This document shows, piece by piece, positions 49,062 through 58,358 of a stretch of 64,000 bases of DNA. Positions within the stretch are counted from its first letter, which is position 1. Each line of letters starts with the position of its first letter. Source of the DNA: Candidatus Kapaibacterium sp. (GTDB lineage: Bacteria > Bacteroidota > Ignavibacteria > Kapaibacteriales > UBA2268). The stretch spans positions 2,976,001 to 3,040,000 of the forward strand of contig OY761611.1 in NCBI GenBank assembly GCA_963664875.1, given 5' to 3'. Position numbers and translations under genes: made by a program. The notes beneath the pieces were generated by a model. The model was not told the origin of the DNA, did not search any database, and saw only the letters and a list, made by a program, of their open reading frames with translations.

Positions 49062-49808
49062 CTAAAATCGGAATGACACACCCATTCTAAAAGCAAGTAT
49101 ATCTGTTTTGGACTTAGCCGTTTCGTAAATAGATTGACCATTTTCTATGTCTTTAGAATTTGGAACTATATAATCGGCTGTGCCACCAAAAAGGTATTCA
49201 ACATTCAAGTCTATTAGGAATTCCCAATACCTTCTGACAGGTTCATCTGTGATACCTCTATATACATTAAAAGCAATGCCGCCACCAAATCCGTAATTAT
49301 AAGTCCAGTCGGATTTATCGTTAGAAGATGCTATATCGTCATATTCATCGTTTTTATTAATATCTTCTACCGTGGTTGTTGTCGATAGATTGTTGAAACC
49401 TGCCATAGCTTCTATGTATGGTCGGATTGGGCCAAATTCAGGCATCACTCTAACTGCCAAATCCATATTGTACATTTTATAGTCGGTAGTTACATCTACT
49501 TTCACATCAGGGATAGTCATGCTCCAAGGTCTTTGTTCCGTTGTAGAAGCAAAGTTCATCCACCCAAATTTTAATCCAAGATGGATAGGGGAGTTTTCGA
49601 TATTATAGAATAGATTTAGTCCGATACCCAATCCTGTCTTATTGTTATGGTCTTCAAAGTCCTTTTGAGGCAAGCCTGCGAGGAAGCTGGCATTAAAGGA
49701 AATTGGGTAGTATTGACTTGTGTCTTTTGTTGTGGCTGTTTCTTTTTGTGAAAAAAGCTGCAAAGTGCCCAAAACTAAAAGAGCTAATAAAATGAGTAGA
49801 TTTTTCAT
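49062..49808 (-). CDS. Outer-membrane beta-barrel protein
   Basis: Signal peptide from MKNLL; IRPYIE, YGFGGGI, YLFGGTADY, C-terminal GVSFRF. Confidence 0.8.
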   Translation of the reverse strand: MKNLLILLALLVLGTLQLFSQKETATTKDTSQYYPISFNASFLAGLPQKDFEDHNNKTGLGIGLNLFYNIENSPIHLGLKFGWMNFASTTEQRPWSMTIPDVKVDVTTDYKMYNMDLAVRVMPEFGPIRPYIEAMAGFNNLSTTTTVEDINKNDEYDDIASSNDKSDWTYNYGFGGGIAFNVYRGITDEPVRRYWEFLIDLNVEYLFGGTADYIVPNSKDIENGQSIYETAKSKTDILAFRMGVSFRF

Positions 49809-49952
49809 ATAGATTCCTTGAGTATAGAAAACAATACAGATACGGGAAAAAGTTAGGCATGTTACAAAAAATATCAAAATCTGTTCGATAAAAGTTTTTT
49901 GCTTGCTCTAATGCAAATTTTATTATTATTGTATATTGCTTGATTTAATAAA

Positions 49953-50083
49953 CGGAGTGAGCTATTGTATCGTGTACCAACATTCTGCAAGTCAATCTGC
50001 TAAGTTTGTGGTGCGAATAAGCCTCTCAGATTGGATTGTTAAGTTTTTGGTACGCTTATTGTACAGATACTAAAAACTCACCG
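49953..50083 (+). ncRNA. Candidate rod-shaped ncRNA (6S-like)
   Basis: Nested pairings GTGAG/CTCAC, GTATC/GATAC, GTGTACCAA/TTGGTACGC (or TGTAC/GTACA), GCAAgTCAATCTG/CAGATTGGaTTGT, GTTTGT/ATAAGC; several G-U pairs favour the + strand. Confidence 0.5.
50048..50063 (+). promoter_or_regulatory. sigma54-type box upstream of nadK-lgt
   Basis: TGGTAC-GCTTA-TTGTA. Confidence 0.5.
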
Positions 50084-50170
50084 CCATACGTCCCTGCGTT
50101 TGTGAAATGGGATATGTACGGAGATAAGACTTAGATTTGAAAAAAATATCGCTTCAGGAGCGGAATAAAT

Positions 50171-51091
50171 ATGATGGAAAAAATTGCTTTTTTTGAGTCA
50201 TCCGGCAAACAGGATGCTATAATTTGGGCAGAAAAAGCTTTCGAAATACTTCAAAATCATAAAGTACAAGTCATTGCTGACGAATCTTTGGCTGAGCGTA
50301 TGAGAGATGATATAAGGGAAAGACTGAAGGTTGTACCTTTAAAAGACTTTGAAAAACATGCTGACATGGTTATCTCATTTGGAGGCGATGGCACAATGCT
50401 CGCTGCAGCGAGGATTTTGATAGAATCCGGCATTCCTATTATGGGTGTAAATGTCGGTAAACTTGGCTTTCTTGCTGAATACCCGACAGGCAAATTGGAA
50501 CAAGCCATTGCTGAAGTATTAGCCGGAAAATTTAGAGTTGTGGATAGAACTGTTTTGGAAACTGAAGTAGAAGATGGCGGTACTACATTCGCTTTGAACG
50601 ATTTTGTGATTGAGAAAAAAGATTCTTCACGAATGATTACGCTCGAAGCATACAGCAATGATCACTATATCGGAGATTACAGAGCTGATGGGCTTATTGT
50701 AACTACGCCAACAGGTTCTTCGGCATATTCGCTATCTTGTGGCGGGCCTATAATTGCTCCAACTACAGAAGTGATTTGTCTCACACCAATTTCTCCCCAC
50801 ACTTTGACTTTGAGGCCTCTTGTTATCCCTGATTCTAACGAATTGCGTTTAAAAGTTTATTCTCCAACCGGAAAAGCTGCTTTGGTTGCTGACGGACAAG
50901 TGGAAAAAACTCTAAAGAACAACGAGACTATTGTTATCAGAAAATCCGAATCTAAGATTAAGTTGATTAAGCCTTTGGATTCTTCGTATTTTAGTGTGCT
51001 GCGGAGGAAATTGCTTTGGGCTGCAAATACTTTAGAAAACGAAAATAATAACTGCCCTTGTAAGGATAAAGAGAAGGAAGAGAATGTTTGA
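50171..51091 (+). CDS. nadK: NAD(+) kinase
   Basis: GGDGTML, GVNVGKLGFL, ALND, DGLIVTTPTGSSAYSLSCGGP. Confidence 0.95.
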   Translation: MMEKIAFFESSGKQDAIIWAEKAFEILQNHKVQVIADESLAERMRDDIRERLKVVPLKDFEKHADMVISFGGDGTMLAAARILIESGIPIMGVNVGKLGFLAEYPTGKLEQAIAEVLAGKFRVVDRTVLETEVEDGGTTFALNDFVIEKKDSSRMITLEAYSNDHYIGDYRADGLIVTTPTGSSAYSLSCGGPIIAPTTEVICLTPISPHTLTLRPLVIPDSNELRLKVYSPTGKAALVADGQVEKTLKNNETIVIRKSESKIKLIKPLDSSYFSVLRRKLLWAANTLENENNNCPCKDKEKEENV

Positions 51092-51878
51092 TTATCTGAT
51101 TAATTTGATTGCTGCCATTACTTGGAATGTTGACCCGACAATTTTCAAAATATGGCATATTCAACCGAGATGGTATGGATTACTATTTGCTTTAAGCTTT
51201 GTAGCCGGCTATCATATCATGCAAAAAATATTTTTGAAAGAAGGAAAAACTATAAAACAGCTTGAATCTCTTACTTATACTATGATAGCTTCTACAGTAA
51301 TAGGTGCAAGATTGGGGCATTGTTTGTTTTATGATCCTGTTTACTATTTAAGCAATCCATTAGAAATCCTGATGGTGTGGGAGGGAGGTCTTGCCTCTCA
51401 TGGTGCTGCCGTAGGTATTATCTTGGGATTATGGCTTTATATCAGAAAACAAAAAGATATGAGTTTACTCTGGATTTTAGACAGGATTGTGATTGTTGTT
51501 GCTCTTTCTGGTTTGTTTATTCGTTTAGGTAATTTCTTTAATTCCGAAATACTTGGCAGAGCAGCTGATGTTCCGTGGGCGGTGATATTTCCGAGAGTAG
51601 ATGATATACCTCGTCATCCGGCTCAGTTATATGAAGCATTTTCATATTTTGGTATTTTTATTTATCTATATATGCTTTACTTGCGCTCCGGAACTGAGCT
51701 AAAACAGGGCAAGCTATTTGGCTTATTTTTGATTTTGGTATTTGGAGCAAGATTCATTATAGAATTTTTCAAAGAGGTGCAGTCTGCATTTGAAATTGGC
51801 TTACCGTTGGATATGGGGCAAATATTAAGCATTCCGTTTGTTTTAGCAGGCTTGTATTTCGTTTTTCGTAAGAAATAA
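51084..51878 (+). CDS. lgt: Prolipoprotein diacylglyceryl transferase
   Basis: RWYGL, GARLGHCLFY, GGLASHGA, RLGNFFNSE, RHPAQLYEA, MGQILSIP. Confidence 0.96.
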   Translation: MFDYLINLIAAITWNVDPTIFKIWHIQPRWYGLLFALSFVAGYHIMQKIFLKEGKTIKQLESLTYTMIASTVIGARLGHCLFYDPVYYLSNPLEILMVWEGGLASHGAAVGIILGLWLYIRKQKDMSLLWILDRIVIVVALSGLFIRLGNFFNSEILGRAADVPWAVIFPRVDDIPRHPAQLYEAFSYFGIFIYLYMLYLRSGTELKQGKLFGLFLILVFGARFIIEFFKEVQSAFEIGLPLDMGQILSIPFVLAGLYFVFRKK

Positions 51879-51933
51879 AAAAACAGTGTTGCTAAAGTGA
51901 AAGTTGACAAATGTTTTGAAATTTGGTATATAT

Positions 51934-51965
51934 AAAAAAACCGCAGAGCTTCTGCGGTTTTTTTT
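51934..51965. terminator. Bidirectional intrinsic terminator
   Basis: AAAAAAACCGCAGA-GCT-TCTGCGGTTTTTTTT. Confidence 0.88.
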
Positions 51966-51972
51966 GTAAGAA

Positions 51973-52119
51973 CTATTTTCTTTTATGACCGGGACTTGTT
52001 TTGAAGCCGGTTTTGTGTTTTTTCTTTTCTTCGTGAGCCTCTTTTTTTATGCTTTTAAGCAATTTTTGAGCAATAAAAGCAATCAGAACTAACATCACGA
52101 GTAGTATCAATACTTCCAT
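51973..52119 (-). CDS. Small 48-aa membrane-anchored basic protein (missed by the ORF track)
   Basis: MEVLILLVMLVLIAFIAQKLLKSIKKEAHEEKKKHKTGFKTSPGHKRK; AGGGAGG SD; ends just before a terminator. Confidence 0.65.
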   Translation of the reverse strand: MEVLILLVMLVLIAFIAQKLLKSIKKEAHEEKKKHKTGFKTSPGHKRK

Positions 52120-52206
52120 ATATCCTCCCTAAATAACAGAAATGCATAATTATTAAGCTATTTGCATTATACACTATTATTGTTAAATATCAAAGGATAT
52201 TTTCAT

Positions 52207-53433
52207 CTAACTTTTATTTTTGTCGAATTTCTCTAATAATTCTTTGACTGCGTCTTTGTGGATTAGGAAATTCATCATTTTCAATTTAACATAATCTTCA
52301 TGGTAGAAATAGTATCCTTTATTTGCACCATTGCGAGCTCCACTGCCGGAATCTTTAATCAAAAACCAAGTTACACCGTCTTTTTCGGTATATCCGACAA
52401 GATGAATTGCGTGATCATCTCCTGTAGTTCCATTAGACCATCTCAGCTGTCTTGCATTTTCGTCAATATACTCTGAAGGTATGTCGTAGCTTGGGATGAC
52501 TGCTACATCTGCAAAAGAGTAATAGCCGGTGGAGGATACATCACCACCTATCATCATAGTATAGCCTGATCTGATAGCTTTTTTTATTGCAGTCATAAAA
52601 TCATCTAAAGGTACGTTCTTGTATTTATCACAGTTCCACCAATTATCTGCTGCAGGATAGACTACTTCATCCCAATAGCCCTGTTGCAGCAAAGACATAA
52701 TATCTACATAATCATTTTTATTGAATTTTGTTACTTCATCGCGGAAACTGATAGGAGTGTATTTTTTACCTTTGTAAGTAAATTCAGTTGGAGGTGTCCC
52801 GATGTAATGATCTAATATGGCTTTTACTGTTTTGACTGCGAAGTCCGGATCCCAAGCATTATTTGCTTTTAGAGATTTCATAAACTTTTCGATTTCTTCA
52901 AACATAAGATTATGTCCGTGAAATTCTTGTCCTGATTGCAATCCGGTAAACGCTTCAGCAGGAACGCAGCCGTATTTGTCCCATACTCTCAAAACTGCAT
53001 TGCCTTGAGAGCCTTCGCCAAGTGTAGAATTTCCGCGAGTCCTAACGAATTCTTCAACTTTTTGCAGGTATTCGTAATAGACTGTATGTAGCTCAGAAAT
53101 TTTGACTTCAGTTCCGGTTCTTCGTTTGATATCAGATTCGAGCATTGATGTAGTTGAAAAACACCAGCACATACCTGACCAGCCCTGAGAAATAGGGGAG
53201 TTATGCCACTGAGATTTGAATTCAGAACTTGATTTCGGCAAGTTCCAACCTTCCAAATCGACTTTAAATTCTTTTTTGACATCAGCCTTAGGATTTTGAC
53301 TTGTTGTTACACTTTCTTTGATAGAGTCCCAGTATGGGTTGTTATATTCTATCATTTTTCCTTTGTGATGCTGAGCTGAAAGTGAGCTTGAGAGCAATAT
53401 TGAAGTGCCCAGTACTAAAAGATATTTTTTCAT
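52207..53433 (-). CDS. Secreted C1-family cysteine aminopeptidase (PepC/bleomycin hydrolase-like)
   Basis: Signal peptide; SQGWSGMCWCFS (catalytic Cys), DDHAIHLVG (His), LIKDSG. Confidence 0.88.
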   Translation of the reverse strand: MKKYLLVLGTSILLSSSLSAQHHKGKMIEYNNPYWDSIKESVTTSQNPKADVKKEFKVDLEGWNLPKSSSEFKSQWHNSPISQGWSGMCWCFSTTSMLESDIKRRTGTEVKISELHTVYYEYLQKVEEFVRTRGNSTLGEGSQGNAVLRVWDKYGCVPAEAFTGLQSGQEFHGHNLMFEEIEKFMKSLKANNAWDPDFAVKTVKAILDHYIGTPPTEFTYKGKKYTPISFRDEVTKFNKNDYVDIMSLLQQGYWDEVVYPAADNWWNCDKYKNVPLDDFMTAIKKAIRSGYTMMIGGDVSSTGYYSFADVAVIPSYDIPSEYIDENARQLRWSNGTTGDDHAIHLVGYTEKDGVTWFLIKDSGSGARNGANKGYYFYHEDYVKLKMMNFLIHKDAVKELLEKFDKNKS

Positions 53434-53544
53434 ATTTTGTCACCGAATTATTGAAATTTTGTAGAGGCTAAAAATAAACAAAATGGCTTACCCAAGCAAA
53501 ATAATTATAACTTGGATATGCCATTGCTTGTTTTTTATTTTTGA

Positions 53545-54768
53545 TTATGCGGGAAGGAATAGTATAAACTTACTACCTTTGTTGAGTTCTGATTCGATTC
53601 TTATGTTCCCGCCGTGTTTTAATGCAAAATCTTTGCAAAGAATGAGACCAAGTCCTGTACCTTTTTCGTTGTCAGTTCCCGGTAGTGATTGGTTATGTTC
53701 AATTTGGAAAAGTTTATTTTTAGTTTTTTCATCCATACCTACTCCATCGTCGGAGACACAAATTTCGACGCCACTCTCAACGGATTTAGCAGAGATAATG
53801 ACATTGCCGTTGACTTTTGTGTATTTGATTGCGTTCGAAACGAAATTGCGAAGTATTGTCATAAGCATATTTTCGTCAGCATTGATTGTAAGTTCGGGAT
53901 GGACATTTATATCTAAGTTTATCTGTTTTTTAATTGCGTTGTTCTTATATTGGAGTTCGATATTTTTGAAAATCGGAGCAAGGGTAACTGTCTCCGGGCA
54001 AAACTGAATTCTTCCTGTCTGGGTGCGTGCCCATTCAAGCAAGTTCTCAAGGAAAGTACGCATTTGAGTCAGACCGTCAAAAATATGACAAAGATATGTT
54101 TCTCGGTCATTATCCGAGATGTTGCTTCCAAATCTGGTGAGCAACTCTGCCAGACCCAAAACTCCGGAAAATTGACTTTTTAAATCATGCCCGATGATAG
54201 AAAAGAATTTGTCTTTAGTTCTATTAAGTTCCTGCAAATTTGCTTCAGATTCTGCTAAACTGTTATTTAGCTCTACAATTTTTAATGCATCTTGGTAGAT
54301 GCTTTTTTGACTTTGCTTCAGTATCTCGTTTTGCTCTGCTATTATGTCCTGAGATATTTTCACAAGTAGAAGATTCTTTATTCTTGCTAAAATCTCTTCT
54401 GCCTTGAATGGTTTAGAAACAAAATCAGCTCCGCCGGATTGGAAGCCTTTTACAAGATCAGTAATGTCATTTTTCGCAGTAAGAAAAATAATAGGAATGT
54501 CTGAGGTAGAGGGATTTGCTTTGATTTTTTCACAAGCTTCATAGCCATCCATTTCGGGCATCATTACATCCATTAATATAAGATCAGGTTTCTTTTCCGT
54601 GGCAAATTGAATAGCTTTTTCTCCTGAATTTGCCATCGCTAAGCGGTAACCCAAAGGCTTTAAAATGCTGGCAACCATTTTTAGGTTCATAGGATTATCA
54701 TCAACGACTAATATTGAGAGATCTTCAGTTTTCTCGAGTCTTTCTAAAATTTGTTTGTTGTTTGTCAT
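53545..54768 (-). CDS. Hybrid response regulator-histidine kinase (REC-HisKA-HATPase)
   Basis: ILVVDD, ILMDVMMP, IGHDLKS, NFVSNAIKY, GTGLGL. Confidence 0.92.
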   Translation of the reverse strand: MTNNKQILERLEKTEDLSILVVDDNPMNLKMVASILKPLGYRLAMANSGEKAIQFATEKKPDLILMDVMMPEMDGYEACEKIKANPSTSDIPIIFLTAKNDITDLVKGFQSGGADFVSKPFKAEEILARIKNLLLVKISQDIIAEQNEILKQSQKSIYQDALKIVELNNSLAESEANLQELNRTKDKFFSIIGHDLKSQFSGVLGLAELLTRFGSNISDNDRETYLCHIFDGLTQMRTFLENLLEWARTQTGRIQFCPETVTLAPIFKNIELQYKNNAIKKQINLDINVHPELTINADENMLMTILRNFVSNAIKYTKVNGNVIISAKSVESGVEICVSDDGVGMDEKTKNKLFQIEHNQSLPGTDNEKGTGLGLILCKDFALKHGGNIRIESELNKGSKFILFLPA

Positions 54769-57700
54769 AACGAACCTATTTGTTTTTTTAATTTATCTAT
54801 CAAATCACCGAACTTATAAAGAAGTAGCTCTATCTGCTCGAAATCTATTTCTGAAACTACTTTACTGAGCTGTTCGGAATATTTGTTCAAGAGAAGTAAT
54901 TCAAATTGGTTGCTCAGGTTGCTTATATTATATGCAAATTTTTCAACTTTGTCTAATTCCATGAAGGAACTGTCGTCTTCAAAATGAGAAGCAAATAACT
55001 TTTCCAATGTATCAATAATATAAGGAAGTTTACTAAGTAAATCTACCGATATTGGGATTTCTTTTTCGTCTTCGATCATCTCTACAGAATTTTCTAAAGC
55101 ACTTACATCTTTTTCTATCGGAGTAAAGAATTTAGCTATAGAGGAAACAAGCTCTAATTTTGTAACCGGTTTTCTGAGGAAGTCATCAAACAGTCCATCA
55201 ATCCTGTCTTGATCTGCTTTCATAGAGGAAGCCGTTAGAGCAATAATTTTAGTACTAAAGTCAGGGAAAGTTGTTTTGATTGTTTCTGTTGCTGCATAGC
55301 CATCTAAAACAGGCATCCTAATATCCATAAACACTAGGTCATAGTCACCTGTTGCAATCATATCTACAGCTTGGCTGCCGTTTTCTGCCTCGTCGATAAT
55401 AACTGAATTGCCGGAAAGGTATGATTTTACCAAATTTCTGTTATCCGTAATATCATCAACTACGAGAATTTTCAAATTTTCGAAATAAAGATTGATGTTT
55501 TTGTTTTTCTCTTGAGCAAATGACAATTGATTTTCGGCTACTTCTACATTTGGTATGGTAATAATAAATGTACTGCCTTCGCCCGGAATGCTTTCCACAT
55601 CAATTCTTCCATTCATCATTTCTACTAACTTTTGCGTAATCGCAAGCCCAAGCCCGGTGCCTCCATATTTTCGTGTGGATTGTCCGCTTTGTTGTCTGAA
55701 AGATTCAAAAATTACATCTTTTTGGTCTTCAGGGATGCCAATTCCGGAATCCTGTACTTTTAGCTGTAGTGTAAATTTATTGGGAGAAGTCAACTCTGTT
55801 GCTTCTGCAGAAACTTTTACAAAACCGGAATCTGTAAACTTGATGGCGTTGCCCACAATATTGAAAAGTAACTGTCTAACTCTAATTTCGTCTATAATAA
55901 TTTGATTTGGAATTTTGATGTCAACCGAACTCATATAGTTCAACTCTTTAGATCGAACTTTCTGAGAAAATACCTGCTGTATTTCGCTTAATATCATTTT
56001 TAGATCAACAGGTTCCAGATTAAGTTCTAATTTTCCTGATTCAATTTTTGACAAGTCAAGAATATCATTTATAAGTGAGAGTAAGGTATTTCCGGAATTT
56101 AAAATTGTTTCGAGATAGCCTTTATGTTTTTGATCCGGAATTTCATGGAGCAATATCTCGCTAAACCCAAGGATAGCATTCATAGGTGTTCTTATTTCAT
56201 GGCTCATGTTCGCTAAAAATTCACTTTTCGCCCTATTTGCATCTTCTGCAACCTGTTTAGCGAGTAGTAATTGAGTTTCAGCTTTTTTTCTGTCGGTGAT
56301 GTCTGTGGCTACTTCAAATCTCACAATTCTCCCGTCAACCCAGTGTATAGCTCTATCGTGAACTTCGTACCATCTCTGTGTCAAATCATTATAGACCTCC
56401 CAGACCAAGGCTTCGCCGGGTTTCCCGTCTTTGTCGAGCAGCTTGCTATTGGTGCAGAATTCACAAGGACCGAGCTTGTTTTTATGAAGAACCTGCCAGC
56501 AAATTCTTCCATTGATGTCGCCGAGCAATTCCTGTGTATATTTGTTTGTAAAAAGCACTTCATACGACTGGATATCTGATACGTAAATCACGGCATCGAT
56601 ACTATTTAGCACAGTAGTGAATCGTTCGTGCGACATCCGAAGCCGCTCTTCTGCATTTTTTCTTTCAGTAATGTCTAAGACAGTGCCGACTGTTCTTAAA
56701 GGTAGTCCTTTTGAGTTTCGTTCTACAACTTTACCTTTGGCAAGTACCCATTTTTGAATACCATTTATTGAAGAAGTTCTGTACTCGACTTCAAATTGTG
56801 GAGAAAGATTCCTGAAATGAATTTTCATCTTAGTTTTGAATTTCCTTCTGTCTTCTTCTGATATGCTGTGCATCCAGTCTGTAAAATTCAAATCTGAAAT
56901 TAGTATGTCGTGTTGCATAATCTCTAAAAATCTGTCATTTGCAGTGAAAGTTTTTTTACCCAAATCCCAATCCCAAAGCCCCAAGTCTGCTCCAAGAAGC
57001 GAGAGTTCCAAACGCTGTTCGCTTTCTTTCAGCTTTTCTCTTGCGGATTCGAGGTCGGAAATGTCAATAAATGTTTCAAGGATTGCATCTTTATCTAAGT
57101 ATTCTATCTCGATAGCTGTTTTCAATATAGTGATAGGATCGCCAAAATTTCTGAAGAGTTTGCCCTTTACATTGCTTATTTCTTCATTTTTATCAATTAT
57201 TGGGCATACGGCAGTATCTTTACAGCTGGGGTTACCGGCACCGGGTATAGTATTGTAGCAGGCTTTGCCTGTGATTTGACTTTTGTCACTTATGCCAAGC
57301 AGCTCAAGTGCGGTGTTATTTAAATCAAGAATTTCTTTTTTTCTATTACTGAAAATCATACCAACCGGCATAAAGTCTATAATCTTTTGTAGAGATTCGC
57401 TGATTTTTTTTGCTCTGTTTTGAGCTTTTTTTCTTTGACTAAGCATCAGAGCGAATAAAACTATCAGCAATACTAAAATCAGGACGTAATATATAGAAAT
57501 ACTGATTGTATTAGATTCTAAGCTGCTGAAAAGAGTGGATCTGTCCACAGAAAAAATGATTCCAAACATCTGATCCGAAAGTCTGACAGGATAATATGCT
57601 GAAAGTACTCTATAATCTGCGCCGCCAAGCTGTATTTCATGGGACAGATTTCCTTCATATTCCATCCATAAGTCATTGATTATAAGGTCTTTTTTGTCAG

Positions 57701-58358
57701 AAGCAAATTCTTCCGGCTGAATTTTGTATTCAGAATAATTTACGCTTCTGAGATTGCCCTTACCATCAATAATCCAATGCCAGGAATTTTTACCAATATA
57801 AAAATTATCGAAATGACTTTCTATAAACCTTTTTATGTCGAGTTCGAACTTAACATTATATTTTACTTTGCCTTTATCGTCTAGAATAGGCAAAACATAT
57901 ATGAATCCGTTGTCTGTGTCGGTGGTGTTTTTTTTAGTCAGTTCGATGGTTTTAGGATGATTCAAAATAGCTGACTGTTCGTAGTAATTTTTATCTTTAC
58001 GAGTAATATCTCTGTACGAAGAGTTGCTTGTTACTCTGATTCTGCTTATTATGTCTTGATGTTTAGCATAAAAGCGGTTTAAATATTTATTATCAGTTAC
58101 AGTAATATCTTTGTCCAGATATTGAGCAAAGTCAAAAGTACTTACCATAAACTTCAACTCAGTTTCAAATTCTAAGAAACTGCTTTCTATCGATATGCCG
58201 CATAGCTTCGTTTGCTTTAGTATAATGTTTGACTGTTTATCACTTTCTGTGTTAATAAGTTCCATATAGTCATTAACAGCAAAATAGGAAAGCAGAACTA
58301 TCATCAGAGCGATAATAGGCATATAAATATTTTGAAGGTATGGTAAGTTTTTGCGCAT
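54765..58358 (-). CDS. Membrane hybrid sensor kinase (periplasmic Cache-like, 3 PAS, HisKA, HATPase, REC)
   Basis: Two TMs flanking a periplasmic domain; NMSHEIRTPMNA, GNAIKFT, YGGTGLGL, FMDIRMP. Confidence 0.92.
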   Translation of the reverse strand: MRKNLPYLQNIYMPIIALMIVLLSYFAVNDYMELINTESDKQSNIILKQTKLCGISIESSFLEFETELKFMVSTFDFAQYLDKDITVTDNKYLNRFYAKHQDIISRIRVTSNSSYRDITRKDKNYYEQSAILNHPKTIELTKKNTTDTDNGFIYVLPILDDKGKVKYNVKFELDIKRFIESHFDNFYIGKNSWHWIIDGKGNLRSVNYSEYKIQPEEFASDKKDLIINDLWMEYEGNLSHEIQLGGADYRVLSAYYPVRLSDQMFGIIFSVDRSTLFSSLESNTISISIYYVLILVLLIVLFALMLSQRKKAQNRAKKISESLQKIIDFMPVGMIFSNRKKEILDLNNTALELLGISDKSQITGKACYNTIPGAGNPSCKDTAVCPIIDKNEEISNVKGKLFRNFGDPITILKTAIEIEYLDKDAILETFIDISDLESAREKLKESEQRLELSLLGADLGLWDWDLGKKTFTANDRFLEIMQHDILISDLNFTDWMHSISEEDRRKFKTKMKIHFRNLSPQFEVEYRTSSINGIQKWVLAKGKVVERNSKGLPLRTVGTVLDITERKNAEERLRMSHERFTTVLNSIDAVIYVSDIQSYEVLFTNKYTQELLGDINGRICWQVLHKNKLGPCEFCTNSKLLDKDGKPGEALVWEVYNDLTQRWYEVHDRAIHWVDGRIVRFEVATDITDRKKAETQLLLAKQVAEDANRAKSEFLANMSHEIRTPMNAILGFSEILLHEIPDQKHKGYLETILNSGNTLLSLINDILDLSKIESGKLELNLEPVDLKMILSEIQQVFSQKVRSKELNYMSSVDIKIPNQIIIDEIRVRQLLFNIVGNAIKFTDSGFVKVSAEATELTSPNKFTLQLKVQDSGIGIPEDQKDVIFESFRQQSGQSTRKYGGTGLGLAITQKLVEMMNGRIDVESIPGEGSTFIITIPNVEVAENQLSFAQEKNKNINLYFENLKILVVDDITDNRNLVKSYLSGNSVIIDEAENGSQAVDMIATGDYDLVFMDIRMPVLDGYAATETIKTTFPDFSTKIIALTASSMKADQDRIDGLFDDFLRKPVTKLELVSSIAKFFTPIEKDVSALENSVEMIEDEKEIPISVDLLSKLPYIIDTLEKLFASHFEDDSSFMELDKVEKFAYNISNLSNQFELLLLNKYSEQLSKVVSEIDFEQIELLLYKFGDLIDKLKKQIGSL

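Noticed and set aside
49953-50083. SRP (4.5S) RNA identity for the long hairpin
   Set aside because: Lacks the conserved domain IV CAGG...GGAA...AGCAG motif
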